Shown here: positions 1 through 9,381 of the stretch, one piece after another
How positions within the stretch are numbered: the stretch's first letter is position 1
How the letters are laid out: every line of letters begins with the position of its first letter
DNA from: a bacterium
Lineage (GTDB): Bacteria; Patescibacteriota; Patescibacteriia; Patescibacteriales; Patescibacteriaceae
DNA: 36,870 bases
Direction: 5' to 3'
Assembly (NCBI GenBank): GCA_021819805.1
Contig: JAKAEX010000001.1
Span: forward strand, 1 to 36,870
Notes under the pieces: generated by a model
What the model saw: only the letters and a program-made list of their open reading frames with translations
Database searches by the model: none
Told to the model about the DNA's origin: nothing
Translations under genes and position numbers: made by a program

Positions 1-493
1 TTACTCGACCAACAGTGATGCGTAATCTTCCCCAAAAATGCTTGGGGTATCGGATATAAACCGGCAAAACATCAACTTGGCCATGATAAGCAAACTTACT
101 GATCCCCGGCTTCGGCTGAGTGCCTTTGCGCGTGCCGGCGGGAAACATTAGCATTGATTGCTTATCGTCTTTGATTAGCTTAATCACATTTTCGATTTGG
201 CTTTTGTGCACCTGTTGCCTATCAACCGGCACGGCGCCCACCCAAGTAATAAATTGACCGAAACGCTTATTGGCGAACAATTCCTGTTTGGCAAAAAATC
301 TCATCTTGCCGGGAAAAATTGAGCCAATCAACGGCGGATCAAAATTACTGAGATGGTTGGAGGCAATCAGATAGTGCTTGGTTTTTAGCAATTTGCGCTG
401 GCCAAGCGGGTCTATAACCTTAGTCCGATAATACAAGCCATGGGCAAACAATAGCAATAAATACTTACAAACATAAAAAAGCCAGGGTTTCAT
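1..493 (-). CDS. plsC: 1-acyl-sn-glycerol-3-phosphate acyltransferase-like (PlsC family); C-terminus cut by the window edge
   Basis: My own minus-strand translation from the ATG at 491-493 gives MKPWLFYVCKYLLLLLFAHGLYYRTKV...IASNHLSNFDPP (HX4D acyltransferase motif)...MFPAGTRKG (FPxGTR block). The frame stays open to position 2. It is absent from the ORF track because it is open-ended. Confidence 0.8.
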   Translation of the reverse strand, partial: MKPWLFYVCKYLLLLFAHGLYYRTKVIDPLGQRKLLKTKHYLIASNHLSNFDPPLIGSIFPGKMRFFAKQELFANKRFGQFITWVGAVPVDRQQVHKSQIENVIKLIKDDKQSMLMFPAGTRKGTQPKPGISKFAYHGQVDVLPVYIRYPKHFWGRLRITVGRV

Positions 494-600
494 CTTTACT
501 CCCTATCTATAATTAATGAAAATTTATTTCAAAGAACATCTGCCAATATAGCCCGTTTTATTATAAATTTCAAGCGCCCCAACTTCGCGCCCTTAATCAA

Positions 601-629
601 ATAAAAAATCCCGAAATTTATTTCGGGAT
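601..629 (-). terminator. Rho-independent terminator downstream of the CYTH gene
   Basis: Stem ATCCCGAAA (608-616) pairs with TTTCGGGAT (621-629) around a 4-nt loop. The A-run at 603-608 gives a U-tract on the minus strand. Confidence 0.6.
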
Positions 630-653
630 TCAAGTTGTTTCTTTGTACAAAAA

Positions 654-1139
654 TTATTTAATGCCAACTTGCATAATTAGATGCTTGTTTTGATATTCCG
701 GCCGGTCGGTGACTTCTTCACCAAACCAAGACGGTGGCACAAAATTATCGCAAGCTTCTTCTGACTTAAACTCCACTTCGGCAATGATTAAATTGTTCAG
801 AGCTTGGCTGTAGCAATTTAATTCAACCACCAAAACGTCCTGGTGCGGAATAAAATAGCGAATTTTCTGTAATGTTTGTCCGCTTATGGCCGGCCATAAA
901 TCATCGAACTGAAAAGTATTAAGAGCGGTTTGATACTCTTGTCTGATTTTGCCATTACCCTGCTTAATAGTTAGATAGTGGCTGGCGGAGCCATAATCGC
1001 TTATTTCTTTTCTTAGTCTGATTTCCAGATTATCGGAAATATGCAAGTAGCTTTGAGAGATTTTTTTATACCGATACTTATGTAAGTCGGGCGGCAAAGT
1101 TTTAACCAAAAATCTTCTCTCAATTTCTTTATTGCTCAT
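654..1139 (-). CDS. CYTH-domain protein (triphosphate tunnel metalloenzyme / class IV adenylate cyclase-like)
   Basis: The N-terminal EIERRFLV matches the CYTH ExExK signature strand. The size (161 aa) fits. An AGGGG RBS lies 7 nt upstream of the ATG. Confidence 0.7.
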   Translation of the reverse strand: MSNKEIERRFLVKTLPPDLHKYRYKKISQSYLHISDNLEIRLRKEISDYGSASHYLTIKQGNGKIRQEYQTALNTFQFDDLWPAISGQTLQKIRYFIPHQDVLVVELNCYSQALNNLIIAEVEFKSEEACDNFVPPSWFGEEVTDRPEYQNKHLIMQVGIK

Positions 1140-1150
1140 TGTTATACCCC

Positions 1151-1194
1151 TAAAAAAATAAATGGGTTAGGACATAATGATAAGGTCCTAACCC
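1151..1194 (-). terminator. Rho-independent terminator downstream of the large secreted protein gene
   Basis: A 10-bp stem, GGGTTAGGAC (1164-1173) with GTCCTAACCC (1185-1194), is followed on the minus strand by ATTTATTTTTTT. Confidence 0.6.
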
Positions 1195-1213
1195 AAAAAT
1201 TAATAAAAAACTA

Positions 1214-3481
1214 TTATTTAATTATTTTGCCAACCTGCTTGTTAAACTTAATCAGATAGAAACCGTCCGGCAGTTTTGTTAAATAAAACTGTCCGCTTAG
1301 CTTACATGATTCTTGTTTATCAATTAATTGGCCCAAACAGTTGTAAACTTCCAACTCTGCCTGATATTCATCAACCAATTGGTAATTAATGGTTTGCCCA
1401 TCAAATTGCCATTGGCTGCGCTTAGCTTGGCTATCGCTGACGTCTGTGAATAATTGATTTTCTAAGATGGTTAAATCCAAGGAATTAACATCACCGTCAT
1501 TATTCATGTCCGCAGCCCATCTTTGGTAGCAGGTAGGAATAATTTTTTTATCAATTATATCCTTCATTATCCGCCAATCATCAATCGTTTTCCTGAGATT
1601 GCCAAAATTGAGGTCCAAATCTCCTTTGACAAAATATTGTCGGAAGATAGGATTAAAATCTATCAGCCAACTTGTTTTTTTGTTGGCCACAAGCGGTCTG
1701 CCATCTAAACCGCTGGCAACGATATTATCAATTAAGATAGTTTCGCTAACAGGGCATAGATCTGTAAACTCAATTTGCAGTTTCATAATAACCCTGGGAT
1801 TTTTACTTCCGGGGTTGGGCTGTAAGACTGAAGACAGTGATGAATAAACCACGGCGTAATATTTTTTACCGCCGGTTTCTCCTAAAAAGTTTATATCCAC
1901 CATCTTATTATCCGGATTACCATTTAAATCCACTGGGCTTATATTTTTTACTGCCATGTTGGGCGGTAAAACCACTCTGAAATTAATGGCGTCTGTAGTT
2001 TCCACCACATTATCCATATCCAAGTAAAGCTCCAGCCAGCCTTTATCAGCAGGACGGCTATCCAGATGAAACCAAGTTTGCGGTTGAGTTAAGAAATACT
2101 TAACCACCAAACCGGTCGTGTCTTCATTACCGCCCAAATCAATGTCCACAATTAATGGCTGATTTGCAACCACTAAAGTAGTGTCATCTCTTTGCGCTGT
2201 AATATTACTGAGGACTAATCTTTTTATGCCTGATGCTCCGTTATAACTGAACACCAAATCTAAGGCGTTGTGCCATTGATTCATTGGCGCATCCATCATT
2301 AAATATCTGGAACTAATCGTTATGCGTGAGCCGTTTATTGCCGAATTCATCGAAAGCAAAGCCGGATTAACGCTTTTAAGATTAATGCCTTGAGGCAGAT
2401 TAAGGTTAAAGGCTAAGGTATCCCAGCCCTTTCCCCAATAAGACAAGTTAACTCTAACTTCTGATTTTGCCGAATCAACAAAAACAAAAGAGTTTAACCA
2501 GATAGAGTCTTTAGTGATAATCGGCGGTTGTCCTTGACCCAAGTCAATGACCTGCGACAAGTTGCCGGTAATCTTCAAAGGCTGGTTGGCTAAATCCAAG
2601 GCTTGAAAATTATTCAAGACAATGGTTCGAGTGCCGCTGGCAGCCGGATCAAAGCCGAAAATAATTTCAGCCAAGGCGGCGTCAGCGCTGGGTGGAAAAC
2701 CTTTGTCGTCAGTATTGGCAATATTGACTTCATAGTAATTCCCAACCCGGTTAAGGCCCCAGCTTCTGCCGATTGAATCGGTCAAAGCAATGGATTTAAT
2801 ATTTAAATCCGAAGGGAACAGTTGAAAGCTCAACTTATTAAAGCTAAATATTTTACTTTTATAAAAAAGTTTTATTTTAGCTTCGTTCGTTTGCCTGTTA
2901 ACAGTCCCCGCTTCAACCCGAATTATCAGCGAATCATTTTCATCAGGCGGTTTAACACCCAAGTTAATAATGATTTCGCTTTGTGTCGGTGTCGTTAAAG
3001 CAAAGGTGGCTGAATTGTTAACGCCGATAACTGAAAAATTATTAAAGTTTATTTTGATTTCCCCGTATTGAGGAATTTGATCAACAAACTTTACATAAAA
3101 TTTCATAATGCGCCTGGTGTTGGCAGAGACCGGTAAATATAAACTGGGATCCTCCGGCATCCAATAACGGAACCTGTCCGAATTAAGCGACAGCGGGGTG
3201 GCCCGAGTATACTTATTAGTGTCTTTACTGCCATCATCTTTGGGACAAAAAGCCGGTATGGCATTAGCCCCGATAACAGAGTTGTTGTAAGTAATCGTGT
3301 CGTTAAAATTAATTTCTTTAACAACAAAATCATTGGCGACATCAACGTCAATCCAAATAATGCCTTCCAAGCGATTAATGGTATAAGCGCCCGGTCTGAG
3401 TTCGCATCTAAATTGCTGAGCAATTGAGATGGCTTGACTTAGTAGAAAGACTACCAAGATTAGTGAAAAAAATCGTTTCAT
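1214..3481 (-). CDS. Secreted multi-module surface protein: signal peptide, four cohesin-like repeats, a dockerin-type Ca-binding repeat and a T9SS-type C-terminal sorting-domain-like tail
   Basis: Signal peptide MKRFFSLILVVFLLSQAISIAQQ. Dockerin-like ADMNNDGDVNSLDLTILENQL. C-terminal ELEVYNCLGQLID...LPDGFYLIKFNKQVGKIIK resembles the Por-secretion tail. A strong AAGGAG RBS precedes the ATG. Confidence 0.75.
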   Translation of the reverse strand: MKRFFSLILVVFLLSQAISIAQQFRCELRPGAYTINRLEGIIWIDVDVANDFVVKEINFNDTITYNNSVIGANAIPAFCPKDDGSKDTNKYTRATPLSLNSDRFRYWMPEDPSLYLPVSANTRRIMKFYVKFVDQIPQYGEIKINFNNFSVIGVNNSATFALTTPTQSEIIINLGVKPPDENDSLIIRVEAGTVNRQTNEAKIKLFYKSKIFSFNKLSFQLFPSDLNIKSIALTDSIGRSWGLNRVGNYYEVNIANTDDKGFPPSADAALAEIIFGFDPAASGTRTIVLNNFQALDLANQPLKITGNLSQVIDLGQGQPPIITKDSIWLNSFVFVDSAKSEVRVNLSYWGKGWDTLAFNLNLPQGINLKSVNPALLSMNSAINGSRITISSRYLMMDAPMNQWHNALDLVFSYNGASGIKRLVLSNITAQRDDTTLVVANQPLIVDIDLGGNEDTTGLVVKYFLTQPQTWFHLDSRPADKGWLELYLDMDNVVETTDAINFRVVLPPNMAVKNISPVDLNGNPDNKMVDINFLGETGGKKYYAVVYSSLSSVLQPNPGSKNPRVIMKLQIEFTDLCPVSETILIDNIVASGLDGRPLVANKKTSWLIDFNPIFRQYFVKGDLDLNFGNLRKTIDDWRIMKDIIDKKIIPTCYQRWAADMNNDGDVNSLDLTILENQLFTDVSDSQAKRSQWQFDGQTINYQLVDEYQAELEVYNCLGQLIDKQESCKLSGQFYLTKLPDGFYLIKFNKQVGKIIK

Positions 3482-3583
3482 CAGATACTCCTTTTTGTTG
3501 GTTTAACAGCTGTATTTATTGTTATTTATTCAATTGTTAATTTGCGTCTAAACTAAGCATTTTGCTTATTTAGCTGATGCTAT

Positions 3584-3612
3584 AAAATATCATATTTCTC
3601 TAAATTTGTCAA
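3584..3612 (-). promoter_or_regulatory. Candidate sigma70-type promoter for the secreted protein gene
   Basis: On the minus strand: TTGACA (3607-3612), 17-nt spacer ending in TGA, then TATTTT (3584-3589). This implies a leader of about 100 nt. Confidence 0.4.
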
Positions 3613-3666
3613 TGTTTGAAAAAAAATAAAAAAAGACCTCAACGGCCTGATTAATTTTGGCTAAAA

Positions 3667-4926
3667 TTAAAGATTTTCTATAATTTTAAGAGTTTCTTTA
3701 GCGCATTTTTCCCAGCTAAAATGCTTAACTTGTTCCAGACCAGCCACCTTAAGTTTAGCTCTTAAGGGCTCATCTTGGACGATTTTAGCCATTTTGGCGG
3801 CTATGTCATTGACGTCATTGGGGTCAAATAAAAGGGCGGCGCCATTGGCAATCTCGGGAATGGCCGCCACATTGGAAGCGGCAATCGGCGTGCCGGCGGC
3901 CATGGCCTGCAGCAAAGGAATGCCAAAACCTTCATACTTGGTGGGAAAAATAAAAGCGTCGGCGCCTTTAAAAATGTAAGCCAGGTGGTTCTCCTCCACC
4001 CAGCCGGTCGCCTGCACTTCGCCGGCCACATCAAATTCATTAATCAAATATTTTATTTCATCATAACCGAAGCTGGCATCGCCGACTAAATATAGTTTGT
4101 GCTTGAGTTCATGGTTTTTCCTGGCCAAGGCATAGGCTTCCACCAAGGCGGCGATATTTTTTTTCTTTTCCAAACGGCCGACATAAAAAATATAAGGCGT
4201 TTCAATACCATAAGCTTCCAACACCGAAGCCACTTTTTTGTCTTCAAAGTCGCCGTGAAACAAATCAACATTATAGCCGTTGTGGACGACTTTAATTTTA
4301 GCCGGATCGGCTTGATAATATTTTATAATTTCCTGTTTGGAAAACTCGGAAATGGTAATAATGGTCTGGGCGTGCTTTAGAGCATAGCCGGTTGACCAAT
4401 CAAGATAATCCATAGAGGTTGCCCGATATTTGCCGGCGGTTAAAAACAAAAACAGCCAATCCCAAAATTTGGTTTGGTAACCGATTTTTTCTTGGCTGTA
4501 TAAAGCTTCTTCTTGCTTGTAGCCGATATCATGAATCGTCACGATTGATTTTTTGGGGTGAATTAAAGGCAGAGCGTGCGCCGGCACAAACAAAACATCC
4601 GGCCGTTTAGTCAGCATCTCCCAAGACAAACGCCCTTGAGTCCAAAAAAATTTAAAAGGCCAGTTTAAAACTTTACCGCGAAAATTGTTATGCGGACTGA
4701 TAAGTTTTTGGTAGCCGTTTTCGTCCGTCTTGTAATCGGAACGGCGGAAAGATGGGTTATCGCTGGTTAAATCAAGCAAGCCATTTTTCAAGGGCTGGTC
4801 TGAATACAAAACATACTGATTTTTATCATCAATCGCCGCCAATTCTTTAATTAAATAATATGAATACCATTCGGTTCCGCTTTTGTGGCTGCGGTTGGCT
4901 CGACTGGCATCAATACCTATAATCAT
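3667..4926 (-). CDS. Glycosyltransferase family 4 (GT-B fold)
   Basis: EGFGIPLLQAMAAGTPIAASNVAAIPEI is the typical GT4 EX7E region. I prefer the ATG at 4926 (MIIGIDASR..., the usual GT4 N-terminus) over the track start at 4983, because the extra 19 codons are a low-complexity A-tract. Confidence 0.85.
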   Translation of the reverse strand: MIIGIDASRANRSHKSGTEWYSYYLIKELAAIDDKNQYVLYSDQPLKNGLLDLTSDNPSFRRSDYKTDENGYQKLISPHNNFRGKVLNWPFKFFWTQGRLSWEMLTKRPDVLFVPAHALPLIHPKKSIVTIHDIGYKQEEALYSQEKIGYQTKFWDWLFLFLTAGKYRATSMDYLDWSTGYALKHAQTIITISEFSKQEIIKYYQADPAKIKVVHNGYNVDLFHGDFEDKKVASVLEAYGIETPYIFYVGRLEKKKNIAALVEAYALARKNHELKHKLYLVGDASFGYDEIKYLINEFDVAGEVQATGWVEENHLAYIFKGADAFIFPTKYEGFGIPLLQAMAAGTPIAASNVAAIPEIANGAALLFDPNDVNDIAAKMAKIVQDEPLRAKLKVAGLEQVKHFSWEKCAKETLKIIENL

Positions 4927-5069
4927 AATTTTTAATTTTGTAATTTTTACAATTTTTAAATAATTTTTAATTTCTAATATCATTAAACAAACAACGTTCG
5001 GAGGTTTTTTAAAAATTTAGATATTATTTATAAAATTAAAAATTCAAAAATTCAAAAATTTTTCCCTAT

Positions 5070-6077
5070 TTACTTGGAGGCAAGTATACTGCGTCTGTAT
5101 GACTCCAGGTTCTCCAAGGCGATGCCTGTGCCTTTGGCGACGCAAAGCATCGGTTCGTCGGCGATAAAGACCGGCACGTCAGTTGTGCGATAAATCAATT
5201 GGTCAATATTCCTTAATAAAGCGCTGCCGCCCGACAAAACCATGCCTTTATCCATAATGTCCGAAGCTAATTCCGGCGGCGTGCCCGATAAGAGGCCTTT
5301 GACCGCTCCGATAATCGCTTCCAAAGCGTCTTGCAAAGCTTCGGTCACATCATCAGAGCTGATAATAATATTGCGCGGCAAGCCGGTAACCATATCCCGT
5401 CCCCTGATTTCCATGGTTAATTTATTTTCCAAATAAAGCGCGCTGCCAATATTAATTTTAATATCTTCAGCCGTGCGTTCACCGATCGCCAAATTATATT
5501 TGCGGCGGATAAAATCCATTACCGAAGCGTCAAAACGGTTGCCGCCGACTCGGACTGAAGTTGAAGTAACAACCCCGCCTAAAGAAATGACGGCCATTTC
5601 TGCCGTCCCTCCCCCGATATCAACGATCATATGTCCAGCGGCCGAGCCGATAGGAATATCAGCGCCCACCGCCGCCGCAATCGGTTCTTTAATAATATAA
5701 GCAGCTTTGGCGCCGGCTGCGATGGTCGCATCAATAACGGCGCGCCGCTCGGTTGAAGTAATGCCGGCCGGCACGGCCACCATCACTTCCGGACGAAATA
5801 AACGAATACCGCCCAAAGCTTTATTGATAAAATATCTCAACATGGCTTCAGTCGTCCGATAATCGGCGATGACGCCATCTTTTAATGGCTTGATGGCAAT
5901 AATATTGTCAGGCGTTCGGCCCAACATGTCTTTGGCTTCGTTGCCGACAGCTAATATCTTTTTATCTAAAGTGGAAATCGCCACGACACTGGGTTCGTTA
6001 ATAACAATACCCTTCTTGGGCAAATGGACTAAAGTATAAGTTGTGCCCAGGTCGATGCCGATTCTTTTGATAATCAT
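5070..6077 (-). CDS. mreB: Rod-shape-determining actin homologue MreB
   Basis: IGIDLGTTYTLV phosphate-1 motif, DIGGGTAEMAVISLGG phosphate-2 motif, LSGGSALLRNIDQL adenosine motif; 335 aa. Confidence 0.95.
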   Translation of the reverse strand: MIIKRIGIDLGTTYTLVHLPKKGIVINEPSVVAISTLDKKILAVGNEAKDMLGRTPDNIIAIKPLKDGVIADYRTTEAMLRYFINKALGGIRLFRPEVMVAVPAGITSTERRAVIDATIAAGAKAAYIIKEPIAAAVGADIPIGSAAGHMIVDIGGGTAEMAVISLGGVVTSTSVRVGGNRFDASVMDFIRRKYNLAIGERTAEDIKINIGSALYLENKLTMEIRGRDMVTGLPRNIIISSDDVTEALQDALEAIIGAVKGLLSGTPPELASDIMDKGMVLSGGSALLRNIDQLIYRTTDVPVFIADEPMLCVAKGTGIALENLESYRRSILASK

Positions 6078-6079
6078 AA

Positions 6080-8083
6080 TTAGAATTTGAGACTGAAATT
6101 TTTATCGGACTGTAAGTCGCTTTTATAGCGGAAGCGACTGCCGGTAATGTAGGAATAAAAGACGGCCGGTTCATAAGCCTTGATTGAGCGCAAAAATTGA
6201 AAATCAAGGTTTAATTCGCCAATTCTGGCGCCGGGCTGCTTTTGCACCGTTAAGCCATAATCGCCGTTTTTATAGGAAGCATACAAATTATAGGGCAATT
6301 TATACTCAAATGACAAGCCCCCGATTTTACCCGGCTCAATTTCCACCAAAGCCCCGAAATAAGTCTTGCCCAGCTCTTCGCCAACCACTACATCTTCCTG
6401 ATTACCGCTATAGCCGGCGGCTTTTATCAACTTGCTGCCCTTGGGCACATAAACTCGGGTAAAGCTGCGATAACGGGTCGTCTTCCAAGTGAAAGTGCCG
6501 CGATTGGCATAATTAACTCTTACTCTGGCCACCAAGCCATCGGCGGTTTCTTGTAAGCTGTAATCAATACTCTTGTTAACCACTGAGTCGCTTTTTAAAG
6601 CGCCCATATTGGCATCAACCACCAACAAATAATCGTCAGAGGTATTTTTAATTTCACCCAGCCAGCCATTATTTTTGGCAGACTGGTAAATAGTCGGATT
6701 GGTGGTATAGATTAAAATATTTTTGGCATCCAAATTAGCGCTGATAATTTCCAAAAGCTTTGACCAGTCTTTATCCAAGTTAGCTAAAATTTTAGCTTGC
6801 ATGGCCTTAGTGATGTCGCCGATGACCGCCTTGCGATTCCAAGATGATAAACCAAAGTTGGTAAAATCTTTTTCCACTGTGTCTTGCAAAAGATTAACGA
6901 AGTTAGCTTGAGTGTAAACTTGCCCGCGCACCGCAATCGGCCCGGTTAATTCCAATAAATCAGTAATGGCCTTGGGCGTTAGACCGACAATCAAGTCAAA
7001 ATTATCCAGGCTGTCCGGCGCCGGCATTAATTTATTTTCTTGAGTATAAAACCAAGCGATTTTCTGAGCCGAGGTCTGCCAGTCCGGCGACCAGTTGGCA
7101 TCGCGCATATACCAATTGACGGAATTCAAATATTTTTTTAATTCCAGCGGCGGCTCAACTTTAAATCTGTCTTTAACCGGCATATCTAAGTGATAAATGT
7201 CGTTGGTTTCCAATCTGACTAATTCGCCATTGGCCGTTTGCGCCAAGCCATAGGTGCCGATAAAACCGCCGGTCGGCCGCAGCTCGTCATTGTTTTGCAG
7301 AATAAATAAATAATTAGTCGGCTTGGGATAACCGCCCAAAATCGGCAAAATTTCCGCCAGTTTGGCGGCTTTGGCCACCTGAGCCTGATTGTTTTTTATT
7401 TTGGCCGCCAAATCGTCCAAATCAATGCCTTGATCAATAATCAACTGGCGATTTTTAATCTTGCTTAAATCGTTTTCAGCCAAAGCCAAATTATTGGTGG
7501 CGCGCCGCAAGTCGGCTTGGCTATCCACCAATAATTTCATTAAATCTTTTTTCTGCTGTTTGTCCAGCCGACTCAAATCAAAAGCCGCTTGATTGGGCAA
7601 TAAGCGATAAAAATCATTAATAATTTTTGAGCTGTCAGCCAGCGACTGGCTAACCAAGCTGCCGGTTTCCAATAAATAAATGCCGTCGTTTAGTTTGCCA
7701 CTGGTAAAAGGCAACCAGCCCAAAGGGCTTAAGCGAATTTTTCTGAGTTCGCTTAGCGAACCGCCAAAATCGCTGGCCGCTTGCGCGCTTACTTTATTTA
7801 ATTCCTGCCAGCGGCCGGCATCGGCCAAGCCGGCAGCTTTTTCCAAACCGCCCTTGCCGGCCAAGGCCTGCCAATAAATTTGCTTAAGGCCGGGTAAAAA
7901 AATTAGTAAATTAATAATTAAAATTAAGAGAAGGCCCGACAAAGTCCAGACTGTGTAAGTTAAAAATAAAATCAATTGATGGCGTCGGCGCCGTTTATGC
8001 CAATCAAAAACATCAATCACGTCTTCCTTGATTTCTTCGGCATACAGAGCCAATAAATTATTTTTTTTCTTGCGACCGAACAT
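6080..8083 (-). CDS. DUF4012-family membrane-anchored extracytoplasmic protein
   Basis: N-terminal TM (LILFLTYTVWTLSGLLLILIINLLIFL), a coiled-coil stretch, and the characteristic LFILQNNDELRPTGGFIGTYG block. The stop lies 2 nt from the mreB start. Confidence 0.8.
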   Translation of the reverse strand: MFGRKKKNNLLALYAEEIKEDVIDVFDWHKRRRRHQLILFLTYTVWTLSGLLLILIINLLIFLPGLKQIYWQALAGKGGLEKAAGLADAGRWQELNKVSAQAASDFGGSLSELRKIRLSPLGWLPFTSGKLNDGIYLLETGSLVSQSLADSSKIINDFYRLLPNQAAFDLSRLDKQQKKDLMKLLVDSQADLRRATNNLALAENDLSKIKNRQLIIDQGIDLDDLAAKIKNNQAQVAKAAKLAEILPILGGYPKPTNYLFILQNNDELRPTGGFIGTYGLAQTANGELVRLETNDIYHLDMPVKDRFKVEPPLELKKYLNSVNWYMRDANWSPDWQTSAQKIAWFYTQENKLMPAPDSLDNFDLIVGLTPKAITDLLELTGPIAVRGQVYTQANFVNLLQDTVEKDFTNFGLSSWNRKAVIGDITKAMQAKILANLDKDWSKLLEIISANLDAKNILIYTTNPTIYQSAKNNGWLGEIKNTSDDYLLVVDANMGALKSDSVVNKSIDYSLQETADGLVARVRVNYANRGTFTWKTTRYRSFTRVYVPKGSKLIKAAGYSGNQEDVVVGEELGKTYFGALVEIEPGKIGGLSFEYKLPYNLYASYKNGDYGLTVQKQPGARIGELNLDFQFLRSIKAYEPAVFYSYITGSRFRYKSDLQSDKNFSLKF

Positions 8084-8121
8084 AATTGAAGTATAGCAAA
8101 AATTTTTGTAATTTTATAATT

Positions 8122-9378
8122 TTATTCATTGCGTAAGGCTTCAATCGGATCAAGGTGCGCCGCTTGCCGCGCCGGATACAAACCAAACAACACGCCAAAA
8201 ACCAAAGAAAAACCCAGAGCTACCACATAAGCGATGGTTGGCACAGAAAACTCCCAAGCCAAACCATAACTTTTGGCGCCGATGGCAATTAGGTAAGCAA
8301 AACCCAAACCCAAGGCAATGCCAACAATGCCGCCCAAAAGCGTAATCATTACCGACTCAACCAAAAACTGCAGCATAATGTCGCGAAAAGTCGCGCCGAC
8401 GGCTTTGCGTAAGCCGATTTCAGCGGTTCTTTCTGAGACCACCACGTACATAATATTCATAACGCCGACGCCGCCGACAATCAAAGAAATAATCACAATG
8501 CCTAAGAGCAGCCAAGTAACGGCGTTGGTCGCAGTTTTTAAATTAGCCAAAGCTTCAATCATGGTAACAGTGCGAAAATCATCTTTGGCCGGATCGGTAA
8601 TTTGATGATCTTGTCTGATGATAAAACGAGCTTCTTCAGCTGTGTCATAAGCTAAGTTGGGATCAACCAGCTGATGAACCATGTAAGTAATATAATCAAC
8701 GCCCATGATTTTTTTCTGCATAGTGCGAATCGGAATATAAACATAGTCGTCATAATCAACAAACATTACTGCTCCTCGCTCGGCCATAACGCCGATAACT
8801 TCAAATTTTTCTTTGCGGATGGTGATCAGTTTGCCAATCGGATCTTGGTCGCCGAATAATTTTTCCTTCATCTTGCTGCCCAGCACCGCCACCGGCGCCA
8901 AGGCGCGATCTTCCGCGTCAGTAAAAAATCGTCCGCTCTCCACGTGGCTTTTATCTATATTAATATAATCAGCCGAAACGCCAAACAAATATGCTTTGCG
9001 CGTTTCATTGCCATAGCTCGTTAGTTCTTGCCCCATTAAAGCGCTGTAAGCCGCCTTAACATTTTTACTCTTGGAGACCGCTTCCATATCCTTAAGATTC
9101 AGAGTGGTAATTTGCACGCCGCGCGCCAAGGCGCTGGCCGATTCAAATTCTGCGGCCTGGCCCTTTTTATTGCTGGGCACCTTAATTTCAGTTTCAATAA
9201 TGTCCGTGCCAAAAGACTCAATCTGGCCGATAACCAATTGGGAAACGCCGGCGCCGGCTGAATAAACGACAATCACCGCCATAATGCCGATAACCACGCC
9301 CAAGCAAGTCAAAGCCGTCCGAGCCTTGTTGGTGGACATAATTCTGAAAGCGGTTTTGAAAAAATCAATAAATGACAT
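8122..9378 (-). CDS. ABC transporter permease, MacB/FtsX family (paralog 2)
   Basis: TM1, a roughly 230-aa extracytoplasmic domain, then three C-terminal TMs. Contains the EIGLRKAVGAT motif and the ...DPIEALRNE C-terminus typical of MacB_PCD plus FtsX. Confidence 0.9.
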   Translation of the reverse strand: MSFIDFFKTAFRIMSTNKARTALTCLGVVIGIMAVIVVYSAGAGVSQLVIGQIESFGTDIIETEIKVPSNKKGQAAEFESASALARGVQITTLNLKDMEAVSKSKNVKAAYSALMGQELTSYGNETRKAYLFGVSADYINIDKSHVESGRFFTDAEDRALAPVAVLGSKMKEKLFGDQDPIGKLITIRKEKFEVIGVMAERGAVMFVDYDDYVYIPIRTMQKKIMGVDYITYMVHQLVDPNLAYDTAEEARFIIRQDHQITDPAKDDFRTVTMIEALANLKTATNAVTWLLLGIVIISLIVGGVGVMNIMYVVVSERTAEIGLRKAVGATFRDIMLQFLVESVMITLLGGIVGIALGLGFAYLIAIGAKSYGLAWEFSVPTIAYVVALGFSLVFGVLFGLYPARQAAHLDPIEALRNE

Positions 9379-9381
9379 AAA

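Noticed and set aside
3620-3666. A possible terminator after the GT4 gene (aaaaaaagacctcaacggcctga).
   Set aside because: Only a 5-bp stem with a mismatch can be drawn (AGACC/GGCCT), which is too weak to report as a feature.
3103-4610. Numerous 60-130 aa antisense or out-of-frame ORFs inside large genes: 3103-3423, 3801-4040 and 4099-4380 here, and elsewhere 9710-10027, 17603-17848, 22367-22762, 24795-25259 and 30421-30687.
   Set aside because: They are fully nested in confidently identified genes, have biased low-complexity translations (Pro/Arg/Ser-rich) and lack an RBS. They are typical shadow ORFs.
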